64,000 nucleotides of DNA, from positions 81,532,001 through 81,596,000 of the forward strand of contig NW_024704742.1 of the NCBI RefSeq assembly GCF_018977255.1, in the 5' to 3' direction. Source of the stretch: Callorhinchus milii (taxonomy: Eukaryota). A model generated the notes under the pieces. It was not told the DNA's origin. It saw only the letters and a list, made by a program, of their open reading frames with translations, and did no database searches. Of this stretch, positions 13,548 through 24,877 are shown in pieces. Made by a program: the position numbers and the translations under genes. Each line of letters opens with the position of its first letter. Position 1 is the first letter of the stretch.

Positions 13548-13849
13548 AACAAAACACAAAACACTGCAGATGCTGGAATCTGAAACAAAAACAAAGAGAG
13601 CTGGGAAAACTCAGCAGGTCAGGCAGCATCTATGGAGAAAGGAAAGTGAGTCAACGTTTTGGGTTCAGTTCTGACGAACGGTCGTGGACCCGAAACATTG
13701 ACTGACTTTCCTTTCTCCATACAACAACAACAAGATTACATTTGTATAGCGCCTTTCACATCGGGAGGATGTCCCAAGGCGCTGGATAGAGTACAGCATT
13801 TCAGATGCTGCCTGACCTGCTGAGTTTTCCCAGCTATCTCTGTTTTTGT
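13548..13849. repeat. Palindromic chondrichthyan-type repeat (possibly Penelope-derived) with an L2 tail inserted at 13721-13803
   Basis: Left arm GCTGGGAAAACTCAGCAGGTCAGGCAGCATCTATGGAGAAAGGAAAG pairs with CTTTCCTTTCTCCATA | GATGCTGCCTGACCTGCTGAGTTTTCCCAGC. Confidence 0.85.
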
Positions 13850-14174
13850 GTTATATATAGAAGAGATACTGAGCAATTCTTTAAATTATTGACTTCACTA
13901 AATAATGATAGACTTTAATGAATAAAGTTTGTTGAACTTGTATGGTAAAGTGGTGAGTCCTTGGCTAGAATTAAACAATGCACATCGTGGCTAGGCTTAT
14001 CAATATTTTGCTGCTATGAATCTACATTATGCCAAGTATCTTGGGAAACAATCTTTCCAGGTTAGTTCTAGTCTCTGCTCTTTTGTCTTTCACAATAGTT
14101 AAATCTGCCATTATTCCTGCATATCAGCTACTGCTGACATTACTGTTGGGAAACTGCAAAGCTACTGAATATCC

Positions 14175-14812
14175 ATCCTGTAGCTCAGTGGTTAGAGCAC
14201 TCGCCTTGTAAACGAGACACCTGGGTTCAACTTCAGGCAGAGCGAAACCTTGGGCAAGTTTCTTTACTCCACACGCCTACTAAAAATAATAATAATAATC
14301 CTTGCATTTGATATAGCGCTTTTCACGTCGGGAGGATGTCCCAAAGCGCTTCACAGAACACACTGTAAAGTGAATTGACTGTATATTTGTGGGCGAACGC
14401 GGCAGCCAATTGCGCACAGCAATGTCCCACAAACAGATTGAAAATGACCAATTTTATTATTGGTTTTGGTTTTGGAGGGATTATTATTAGGTGTGTGGAG
14501 TAAGGAAACTTGCCCAAGGTTTCACCCTGCCTGGAATTGAACTCAGGTCTCTCACTTGCAAAGCAAGTGCTCTAACCATCGAGCTACAGGACTCCACAAA
14601 AATCCCTCCAAAAACAAAAAACAATAATAAATTGATAATTTTCAATTCACGACTGTTTGTGGGACACTGCTTTGCGCAATTGGCTGCCTCGTTTCGCCCA
14701 CAAATATACAGTTAATTCACTTTACAGCATATTCTGTGAAGCGCTTTGAGACATGTAGAAGACGTGAAAAGCACTATATCAAATGCAAGGATTATTATTA
14801 TTATTATTATTA
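14175..14812. mobile_element. Plus-strand tRNA-headed SINE (14175-14285, 14597-14812) split by a full-length minus-strand copy (14286-14595)
   Basis: Two heads with A box TAGCTC(A/G)RTGG and B box GTTCAA, and two (ATT)n tails in opposite orientation. Confidence 0.88.
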
Positions 14813-14829
14813 TCCTCCAACTGGTGGCA

Positions 14830-15135
14830 TCTTGGCTCAATTGGTAGCACTCTCACTTCTGGGTTAAAAGGTTATGTGTTCAATCCCAACGTTGGGACTG
14901 TAAGTTCACAGTCCAGGCTGACACTTCAGTCCAGTGTTGGGGGGAAGCACTGTACTCATTGTCTGAGGTGTTGTCCTTCAAATGAAACATTAACTGAGGT
15001 CCCATCCACCTTTTCAAGTGAGTGTTAAAGATACTGTTTGAAAAGACGAGGAAGTTTTTCCTTGTGTCCTGGCCAACAATTTCCCATAAAAACTTGTTAT
15101 TCACCTTCTGGCTGATTATGCGACATTGTTATAAT
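14830..15135 (+). mobile_element. Deu-type SINE
   Basis: TTGGCTCAATTGGTAGCACTCTC head, GCTGACAC, and GTGTCCTGGCCAAC core. Confidence 0.75.
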
Positions 15136-15190
15136 AATAATAATAATATCAAGAAGAAGAAGAAGAAGAAGAAGAAGAGGAGGAGGAAGA
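15130..15190. repeat. (AAT)n + (GAA)n/(GAG)n microsatellite
   Basis: Seen directly in the sequence. Confidence 0.95.
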
Positions 15191-16387
15191 ATCCTTGCAT
15201 TTCATATAATATCTTTTCACGTGTTCAAAATTGAAATTGTTGATTGAAAGAGGAGATAAGTCAAGAACTATATCATGAGATGATATCAAGTTTGGGTTTT
15301 AAAAGCAAGTCAATTGTTAGAGGAAGAGCAGACTGAAGGATGTAGGGAGTTCCAAAGCTTTAGGACACGAGAAAAGAATGTTGCTAACAGTTGAGAGGTA
15401 GGCCTCGAGAGAAACAGCATGTGGAAACTTGAGAAGAATAAGAGCATAAGTTCAGGGAAGCAATGACCATAAATAAAGACAGAAAAGAAAACGAGTGGGA
15501 GGTTTGAGGCGAGAGATAAGAGAATATCTTTTTCTTTCTTCCAACGTTCTTCATAAAGTCAAACAATAAAATGGGACAGTTTGTCATTTGATCAACGCAC
15601 AAGCTTCATGAGCCTGATTTATGGGTTTGACTTTGTGTTTTATAAGTCAATAATGTTCTACTTAAACTTCTGGAGAACTGATACTTCATATCAAGGATTT
15701 GTTGAAAACTGGTTCAGTAATAACTTCTCTTTGTCTGAATCAATTTTGTTTTGCTCTGAGACAACAGAGCAATGTAAATGATTATCTTGAAGATTGGCTT
15801 TATTGCTATGAGCTATGGGGTCTGTGTCTTCTGGTTAGAAGACATTTCCATGTTGGCCTCTTCGGAGCATATCTCCCTCTCCCTCCTTCACTGTGGTGGT
15901 GGTGGTTTAAGACTCTAAATTGTGCGAGTTGCCAACAGATTGACAACTTGCTGAGCTCATATGTATCTGTCAGTACCTTGACTCAAACACTGAGCTCTGT
16001 CCTGACTCCACTGTATTTTATTGTTCCAGAGTGCAGAGTGCACCACTAAAGCGTTGGCAACAAAAGATCTGGGATTCGAAAAAGCAATCTATCTCAAAAC
16101 AGTGTTTGCTTTCAAGGAACTTTCCTGCAACAAATGCGTAACCATTCCTTACCTTGGAAAGCACACAAGTGCTTTGCTGTTGACTACCTTATTCACTAAA
16201 GTCTATCATTAATTAGTGAAATCAATAATTCCCCACATAAAGTACGTTCCATTCCATTCCATTTTCAATGCAATTCCAAAATACAGGAATGTTGCCACAA
16301 TTATTTCACTTGGTAATGGATCTTCAATAAATTTGAGCAAACCCTGTGTGTCTCATCCTCTGGAGGAATGGATTCCGTGACAGGAGG

Positions 16388-16642
16388 ATAATAATAATAA
16401 TCCTTGCATTTGATATAGCGCTTTTCACGTCGGGAGGACGTCCCAAAGCGCTTCACAGAACACACTGTAAAGTGAATTGACTGTATATTTGTGGGCGAAT
16501 GCGGCAGCCAATTGCGCACAGCAATGTCCCACAAACAGTCGTAGAATGAAAATGACCAATTTATTATTATTTTTGTTTTGGAGGGATTATTATTAGGCGT
16601 GTGGAGTAAGGAAACTTGCCCAAGGTTTCGCCCTCTGCCTGG
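16388..16642 (-). mobile_element. Young SINE, head truncated
   Basis: Near-identical to 51293-51553. Confidence 0.9.
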
Positions 16643-16644
16643 AT

Positions 16645-17470
16645 GTCAGAGACGGAAAGGGATTGGGCAGATTCAATAGGTCAAGGCCTGGTATGTGGAA
16701 ATGTACGTATGCAGAGAGGATGGCTAAATAAGAGCTTTTTCTACTGGAACAAAACAGATGAAAAGGGGATATGCTAGATGTGTTTAAGATTCTGAAGCAG
16801 TTTGTAAATAGAGGAAAACTAAGTCCTTTAGATGAGATCTGGTGGCATGGCATAGCTTCAGAATAGTTAGCAGAAGAATCAGTAGAGAGGTTAGAAGGAA
16901 CTTCCTCACTTGTAAGGTTGGCCCACAATCTAGCTGGAACAATAAAATACAATTTACATTTATATAGCACTTTTCACATCAGGAGAATGTCTCAAAGCAT
17001 TTGACTATCCTGGCTGGGCACCTGAGCTGAGCGTGGGAGTTGAGGATGTGTGGAAAGGAGAAAGATGACTAAAAGCACATTTAAGGGGATACGATTTGAG
17101 ATGTGCCTTGAAGGAGGTGACAAAGGGGCAAATCAGTTAGACTTTTGGATGGAGTTCCAGAGAGTGGAGGCAGAAAGGCTAAAAGCCCACTCTCTGATGG
17201 TGGGCTGATAGGGTAGGGGACAAGAAGGAGGCCGGTGTTCATTGAGCGAAGAGAACACACAGGTCAGTGTGGTTCAAGGAGGTCGCAGAGGTAGGGAAGG
17301 GCGAAAGTATGGAGGGCTTTGAATGTGAATGGAATTATTCAATAGCGAAGCTGCAAAAACCTAAGAGGCATCAACATTCACGGGAAAGAACTGAAGAATG
17401 AGATAACTAAAAAGGGCAAAATGAGATGCAGCTGTGGCACATTGGGCCGAATGGCCTCTTTTGAAATGTA
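16645..17470. mobile_element. Old CR1 3' region (+) interrupted by an L2 fragment (-, ~16950-17330)
   Basis: GDMLDVFKILK (cf. GDLIEVYKIL), CR1 UTR TGGGCCGAATGGCCTCTT, and an L2 tail at ~16950. Confidence 0.65.
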
Positions 17471-17974
17471 CTGAAATTGTTTGTTTCTGTGAGAAGTAAG
17501 ACTCCTATCTCTCGCAGTGAGTGCCTGAATTCACAAATGATGTAACCAATTGTTTTGAGGGCTTCATGATAATTCACTCCTACTATTTCTCAGTGTGGGG
17601 CCTTATATTTCATTACCTATTGCAGCCGGCAACATGAGGAGCTATGTTCTTACTTGATTTTATGTCGCTGCTCAAATTGCTATTGACATTCTGATACTTT
17701 AAATATTTGATTGTGATTGTAACTATAACATATTGCATAAATCTCCCATGTTTTGTCTTCCTTTTGTCTTCCTTTTTGAGTCAAAATCAATAAGGAATTG
17801 TGATTTTGTATTATAGCAATTTAAAAACCATCATGACCTAAAAGATAACTACTGCATTGTTTGAATGTAAGAAATGCTTTCTTTACTTTAAAACTGCTAC
17901 TCACCTTTTATTCACAGACTGAGCTAAATGGCTTGTGAGGTACTGACACAAAACGCTAGTTGCACATTTGTAAT

Positions 17975-18392
17975 AATAATTATTACATTTGATATACCAC
18001 CCTCTCACGTCTTCGAGACGTCTCAAAACGCTTAAAAGGATATACTGTCAAGCGCATTTTATTTTGTGGGTGAAATGCGGCAACCAGTTGCACACAGCAA
18101 TGTCCCACAAGCCATGGTGTGAATGACCAATTTTATTTGAGGATTGATGGCTGGGACACAAGGAGAAACTCCTTTCTCTTTTTGAATAGTGCCATGGGAT
18201 CTTTAACGTTCACCTGAATAAACAGACGGCTTCATCCAAAGCACGCCACCTCGTACAATGCAATAACACCCCAGCAACATCCACTCTGCAATGCAGAGTC
18301 AACTTAGACTGTGTGATTCCAAGTCACTAATTGGGCTCGAACCGACAACCTTCCAACTCAGAGGCAAGAGTGCTACCATTGAGCCAGGCTGA
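17975..18392 (-). mobile_element. Deu-type SINE, near full-length
   Basis: (AAT)n tail, GCCATGGGATCTTTAAC core, and head GAGTGCTACCATTGAGCCAGGCTGA. Confidence 0.85.
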
Positions 18393-18404
18393 AATACAAA
18401 CCAT

Positions 18405-18580
18405 TTACCCCAGAAAGTGATCTGCCATTTGACTAACAACCAAGTTTCTACTTACTGCTAGGTAAACAGAGGCATGTGGAGGATGAAAACTTGCCTAAGG
18501 TTTCGCCCCACCCGGGAATCGTACCTGGGTCCTCTTGCTTGCCGGGCAAGTGCTCTAACCAATACCAACAGGACTCCCAG
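18405..18580 (-). mobile_element. tRNA-headed SINE 5' part, long variant
   Basis: CTACTTACTGCTAGGTAAACAGAGGC middle segment and head ...ACAGGACTCC. Confidence 0.75.
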
Positions 18581-19544
18581 TCTTGCAATCTGTGTGAGGA
18601 TTGCAAGACTACAAGATTGTGCATATGAAACTGTGGATACCCAAGAGTATGATTTCCCTGGGTCAGTTGCATCCTAGGAACCTTGTTTGCATGTGTGCAA
18701 TTTTCCTATTTTGGGGCATATATGCAAACTGAATCTTTTTACTGTACCACAACGAGGGGTGTCAACAAAAAGAAAGTCATATAGGGACAAAGAGGGAAAG
18801 GTAGGTGTTGTTAAACAGTGAATATTTGGATAGTGAGTGAGGGACTCAGAGCAAAAGAGTCTGAGAAAGAGTAGGAGAGAGGCAGAGAGAGAATGAGGTG
18901 TATTGGCACAATAGAATAGAATGATAGCCTTGGTCAATACTCTATCTGAATTGCCAATATTTTTCTAATTGGAAAACATGTTATTACTGTTATAGATTTT
19001 TTAATGTACTGTAATAATGATCTAAAATATCCAAAAAAATATTTTTGGGTTGTTCTATACTTACCTTATTAGAAATTTTATCTCTCTTCCTCACCCCCCA
19101 CCCGCCAAATAAAGGACAATGTCCAAGCAAATCTTGGTGTCCACTATAATTCTACATATACTGACATCAATCAGCAATTGAGCTGGAAACTCCTTGTATC
19201 TGCCAAAAAAATCCTTTAGATCCTCTCTCGAGTTATGCAGAACCATAATACTACTTTTGGGGAGCACATGCAGATACCATTTGAATGCAGCAGAAGAGAA
19301 TCCCTGAGTTCTGGAGGGATAAGATTGGATGAGATTCAAACCAGCTTGTTATTGGTCTCAAAATAAATTTTCTAGATGTAACATGGTTCAAAGATGGATG
19401 ATGTCATACGTGTCAGGAGAGGGGTTACAGAGCCTAGTGGTAATTATTGAATGGCAAGCAATGAATAACAATAATATGTAGTCACTGCGAATTTTGTAGG
19501 CAAAAGTACATTGCACGAACATTCAATTGTAATGCATTTCAATA

Positions 19545-19900
19545 ATAACATTAATAATAATCCTTGCATTTGGTATGGCGGCTTTCATGTTGGGAGAATG
19601 CCTCAAAGCATTCATAGCATTGAATGTGTATTTGTAGCAAATGTAGCAGTCCATTTGCACACAACAATGCCCCACAAACAACCATGGAGTGAGAGACTAA
19701 TTATGTTTCAGGGATTGTTGGTCAGGACAGTGGTAGAAACTCCCTTGTCTTTTCAAATAATGCTATGGGATCTTTAACGTCGTACTGAATAGGCAGATTG
19801 GACCTCAGTTTAATGTCTCATCCGAAGGATGGCACCTCCAACAATGTCATTCCCACTCCAGCACTGCATTGGAGTGTGAGAATTGACTGTATGAGTTCAA
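19545..19900 (-). mobile_element. Deu-type SINE
   Basis: Tail plus CTCAGTTTAATGTCTCATCCGAAGGATGGCACC core. Confidence 0.8.
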
Positions 19901-20260
19901 CAACAACAACAATAAGATTCCATTTATTGAGCGCCTTTCACGTTGGGAGGACGTCCCAAGGCGCTGTACAGTTGGGTCAGGACCCGAGCAAACGGGAAAT
20001 GGTCAGGGTGGGGGGAGGGGAGGGAGGGAGCGAGGAGGGGGTAGAGAGTCGAGAGGGGAGCTGAAGGCACGGTCAAAGAGAAAGGTCTTGAGACCGGCCT
20101 TGATGGAGGAAAGGGAGGAGGCGGCGAAGGCACTGGGGGATAGAGTTCCAGAGCCTCGGGGCTGAGAGGCTGAAGGCCCGGCCACCGATGGTAGGGCGGT
20201 TGGGGCGGGGGATGTGGAGCAGACCGGAGCCAGAGGAATGGAGGGTACGGGCAGGTAGGT
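19900..20260 (-). mobile_element. Young L2 3' end
   Basis: Reverse complement of the 10490-10839 family. Confidence 0.9.
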
Positions 20261-21584
20261 ATTATGTTTCAATCTGGACGTGGCATTAATTTCCAGCAAG
20301 ACAGCCACTGATATATTGTGTTCTCCCAGGAGAGGGCAACATTGCATTACTTATACATTCCCCGCAAATGCTTTGTTTTACATGTCTAAGTTAATACAAT
20401 TGTCTAAGTTAATACAATTGCGGGTTTAATTTTTCAACTGGATCTATTAGCAATCTTAACAAATGATTCCTTTTTAAATCGCTGACTAAAAGAAATTATT
20501 GAGCAACTTTGAATTTGTTCCTAAAACAAAAAGCCAACACAATTTTGTGTTTGCAGCCTGTTCTGGACTCTGTTTGTGTTGTTGATCATGTCCTGGTAAA
20601 CAATTGGCACAATTCAAGACTGCTGCAGGGAGGAAGAAAAGGGTAGAATTCAGATAGAATTCCTCAATGTATTTATTTACCCACTTTTCATAGCTATCTA
20701 ATGAAAACTGCAGAGTAGCAATCTGCAAGGCGTTAAACAAATGTACTCTTGTTGTTGAAGAAGCAGAATCCATCCCCATAGGTTTGCTACTTTTATTAAA
20801 GAGGTCAGTTACCATACACTGGAATTATCTTTCATTAATTTCTGCATGACAATGGATCTGAATCTCGTGGAGGGTGCTGTTAGGCAAGAATGGAAAGCAA
20901 CACACGATAATTAAAAATCTCACGGTTAAGTCTGTTAGCTAACAATACTCAACATGGAATGAATTCAAAGACAAAAAAGAAGCCTCTGTTCCCCGTGCAT
21001 TTTAAGCTTCCATCAATAGATTAATCAGGTTTTATGAATTCACTCAATTAATATAATCTTCTTTGGTATGAAGACATAATAAAGTCAGGGGAATCTGCCA
21101 GGTAACATTTATTAATGTAAATGGATGACTTCCGCTGACCAGTGACTGTGGGCAGCTTGTACGTTGCGATCTGTGTTCAGCCTTAGCCCCTCCACATTGC
21201 AGTCACCAGTTTACTGCAAGACTTCTATTGCTGTCTTTTATTTATAAATAGACTGTGAACTTATTCCTTCTGTATAAAAGACACATGCTTATTTTGGAGT
21301 AAATGGCTGCCGTTGCCGTTTTTCTCTCCCAATGAATAGAACAAGAAATGCAAATGTGCACAAGAGGCAGATTCTGCCCAGGGGCAAGAGGTACTTTTAA
21401 AATGCATTGCTCAAGGGGAAGCTGCATTCTCCTAATGCATCCATGCACATGCTGCCGGTGACAAGTGATGGGAGGGCGTTGCGTATCCTGCTTTGAGGAG
21501 AACATTTTTCCATGTACATTCTTGTTCCCATTGCTTTCCAGTGAGAAAAAGCACAGACTTTTCTGCTGTTTCCATCGTACAATG

Positions 21585-22185
21585 ACAACTTGCATTTATA
21601 CAGACCCCTTTCAAGCGGGGTAGCATCCTGGAGCACTTGACAGTGGTGGAGTCTGACAAGTAGCCAGGGGGAGAGGGAAGGGGGAGGTGACCGTAAGCAC
21701 AAGCATAAGCAAAAAGGAAGGTCTTTTAGTGGGCTTTGAAAGTGGGGAGGGAGGAGGCAAGGCAGAGGGATTGAGGGAGAGAGTTCCAGAGGGCATCTCA
21801 GAGAGCTTCACAAGATTTATTGTAAAGTTAGTGACTGTTTATTTTGTGGGGATACATCGCAGCTAATTAAGCTACAACAACGTTCCCAAACAGCCATGGA
21901 ATTAATGAAAATTTGTATTGGGGAATTGTTGGCCAAGACAGCACAAGAACTCCCTTCTCTTTTCAAATAGTACCTTGGGATCTTTAACATCCATCTGAAC
22001 AGGCAGACAGGAACTTAGATTAATGTCTTATCCAAAGGATGACACCCCAAACAATGGAACACACCCACAGCACTATTGAAGTGTAAGACTAGACTGTGAG
22101 AGTACAAAGTCCCAATATGCAGTTTGAACACACAACCTTTTGACTTGGAGGCGAGAGTGCTACCATCTGAGCTAGGCTGACACCT
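21585..22185 (-). mobile_element. L2 3' fragment (21585-21795) and Deu-type SINE (21795-22185)
   Basis: L2 tail and purine-rich body; SINE core and head GGCGAGAGTGCTACCATCTGAGCTAGGCTGAC. Confidence 0.75.
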
Positions 22186-24414
22186 AAACAGGTTGAAACA
22201 GGATTGGATTCAGTTCCGACACTCCTCTTCATCTTCCCTTAACCTCATTGCTTGCCAACAAACATTGTATGAGCTCCTTTCATTTCTAAAAAGAAGAATG
22301 GCACTCGGTAAGATACAAGAAAGTAGCCAGTGTCGGAAGATTCATAGTAATTAACAGCCTAGTGAAATCCCAATGGGATATTGAACATTTTGGGTTAGGG
22401 AGCACAGCCAACTGGTTAGCATAATCTAATACATATAACTGTCTGAATTAAAGTGAAACCTTTTAAAGAGCCCCATGTAACATACTGATACTTCAACATG
22501 GTTATTATATATATTAAAACAGTCAGGATTATGAGATTTCTGACAGATGAGATAAGAGTGGTTTTCATCTCTAAGCTCCCATTTCACAGATATATCAAGC
22601 TATTATGAACTTAATTCTATGAAATTAAAACCTGATTTGATCACATGTTGGCATTTGTAAAGTACACCGCATGAAAGCTGCTTAATATTGCGAGGATATT
22701 TTTGAAGTGGAATGATGTAAGCAGATGTAATGCTCTCTTTCCTACAAATGTGACACAAAGCATTTGAATTATGCAACAATTCATTGGATTGCATTATCGT
22801 GTGTTTAAATGCTCTGTCCCTTAATGTTCATCCTCTTACTCTGAGAAATGGTTGCTGCGTAACATTAAATTGCATTTGCACTTCACATGCCAGATTTAAC
22901 AAATCTTACTACAATTGATTATTCTTTGCAAGACTTAGGTCACTTGACTTACATGCCAGCGACAATTCATACTTTTCCAATGTATCTAATATTTATAAAA
23001 GCTTATGTTAAATATAATAAATCCATCTTTAAGTGCCATTAAGTGCCATACTTATATGTATTAATTATAAATATGGTTTGACTGCAGTAAAATCTTAGGA
23101 GCTTTTCGATTTTGTTTGACAAGTCATCAGCATTACAGGAGATTTAATCAACTCTGATAAATATTGTATAAGCAGCAATGTATATAATAGTTCGTTAAAT
23201 AGGACTGAGGAAAGGTGTCTAGGCACAGTGCCGTTCTTGCTGACAAAGAATAGCTGACAGGTCAGGTCACAGGGCCAAACTGAGAAGCTAAGTCACTTCC
23301 ATTGTGCCAGGCTAACCGCGTGGTGTACTGAACACACAAAAGAATTGAGGCCACCCTGACTTCAGAGAAGGACCATTTGGACTCTGTACTGAGCATCTGC
23401 ATCAAAGCCATTCAACAGCAAACTGTCAGCTCTAGGTGTCTTTTTTCCATAAAGCATCAGGTCAGCCACAAAACAAAACTAGAATTACAAATCAAAATTT
23501 ACAAGAACTTGCATTTATATAGCACCCTTCATGTGGAGTAACATCTCAGAGAGCTTAACAATGGCAGAGCCTGATGCCAGTGCAAATAAAGATTTCCAGG
23601 CCATTTATTAGACAATAAGAAATCCTTGCATTTCACACAGAGGATTTACTGTAAAGTGGCTCTGTATTTGTATTTGAAAGTGAAACACAGCAGGCCAACT
23701 GCGCACAGCAATGTCCCAGAAACAGTCATGAAATAGTCATGAAACGAATGACCCATTTTACTACCAATTGAGCGAGGCTGACACATGCCTGTGCTGCCCG
23801 GATGCAGCCAACCCTATGATGTTCCAGCACAATATGTATCCCTTGGAGTTCATAAATGTTCACAGACTTAAAAAGCATTTTCTTTGCAAACATTATTTTG
23901 GAGGCAGCACTAAGCCCTTACAGATAAGCTTGATTTCCCTTGTTAATAATCATTCCAAGACATATACACATAACAGTACGACATGAGATAGAAGTCAAAT
24001 AGTCATTTCAGGAAACTCAAGTTTGATTCTAGTAAACCTGATTTCGACCCATTCCCCACCCAATATTCCCTGGAAATGTGTGTGAATAATTCCGAGCCAT
24101 TTACAAAACCACCATCAGAGGCCTGAATTGTTTCAAATTATCTGTAATGCATTGACAAGAATATAAAACAATTCAGGTCTCTTGAAAATAAATGTGAAGA
24201 AAGTGCAACAGGATTGTATTTGTGGGCCATTCAATTGTGAATTGAACAAAGGATTGGTTCGAATTGGTTCAGTTTTTGTCTCTCTTGCCTCTGAGGCAGA
24301 ATTTTGCTCTATGGGCAAAGGATCATTGGAGGTGCCATTCTTCAGATGAAACATTAAACCGAGGTCCTATCAGCCTGTTCAGGTGGTCATTAAAGATTCC
24401 ATTGATCCTATTTC

Positions 24415-24584
24415 ATAATTGGTAACATTAATGCCTCTGAGTCAGAAGGTTGTGGTTTCAAGTCCCACGATAGAACTTTGAACTGACACTCCAATTCAGT
24501 GCTGGGGGAGTGCTGCATTGTCAGAGGTGCTATCATTCGGATGAGGCATTAAACCAAGGTCTTGTCTGCCTGTTCAGATGGGTG
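24415..24584 (+). mobile_element. Deu-type SINE, 5' half (split by the provirus)
   Basis: GCCTCTGAGTCAGAAGGTTGTGGTTTCAAGTCCCAC...CGGATGAGGCATTAAACCAAGG...CCTGTTCAG. Confidence 0.8.
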
Positions 24585-24777
24585 TGTAAACTGCCGAAGC
24601 TAAAAATGGGAAACCATCAAGATGAAAACGATCGAGTTGAATGACCTCAGGACATGCATAAACCAACTTCCAAGGAAAAGGCAATGTCAAACACCAACTG
24701 GCCATAACAAAAGGCAAGGTGTTAACTGGATCAAACACAATGAACTGACTGAAGCTGGACTCAGGACACTTCGAGTC
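24585..24777 (+). repeat. 5' LTR (U3 part only; remainder and PBS deleted)
   Basis: Aligns by eye to 30025-30215 with about 13 differences in ~180 bp. Similarity stops near 24777 and no PBS is seen. Confidence 0.85.
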
Positions 24778-24877
24778 TGAGAAACGGGGAAAGGATTACT
24801 GGCCCAAGTGGTCTAACGTTGACCGGGTGTCAAGGTAGTCAGGAGTTTGAGTCCTAGGGTGATTAAAGCAGTTAAGA

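Noticed and set aside
15022..15234. ORF with poly-N/K/R tract resembling an NLS
   Set aside because: Translation of (AAT)n and (GAA)n microsatellites next to SINE sequence.
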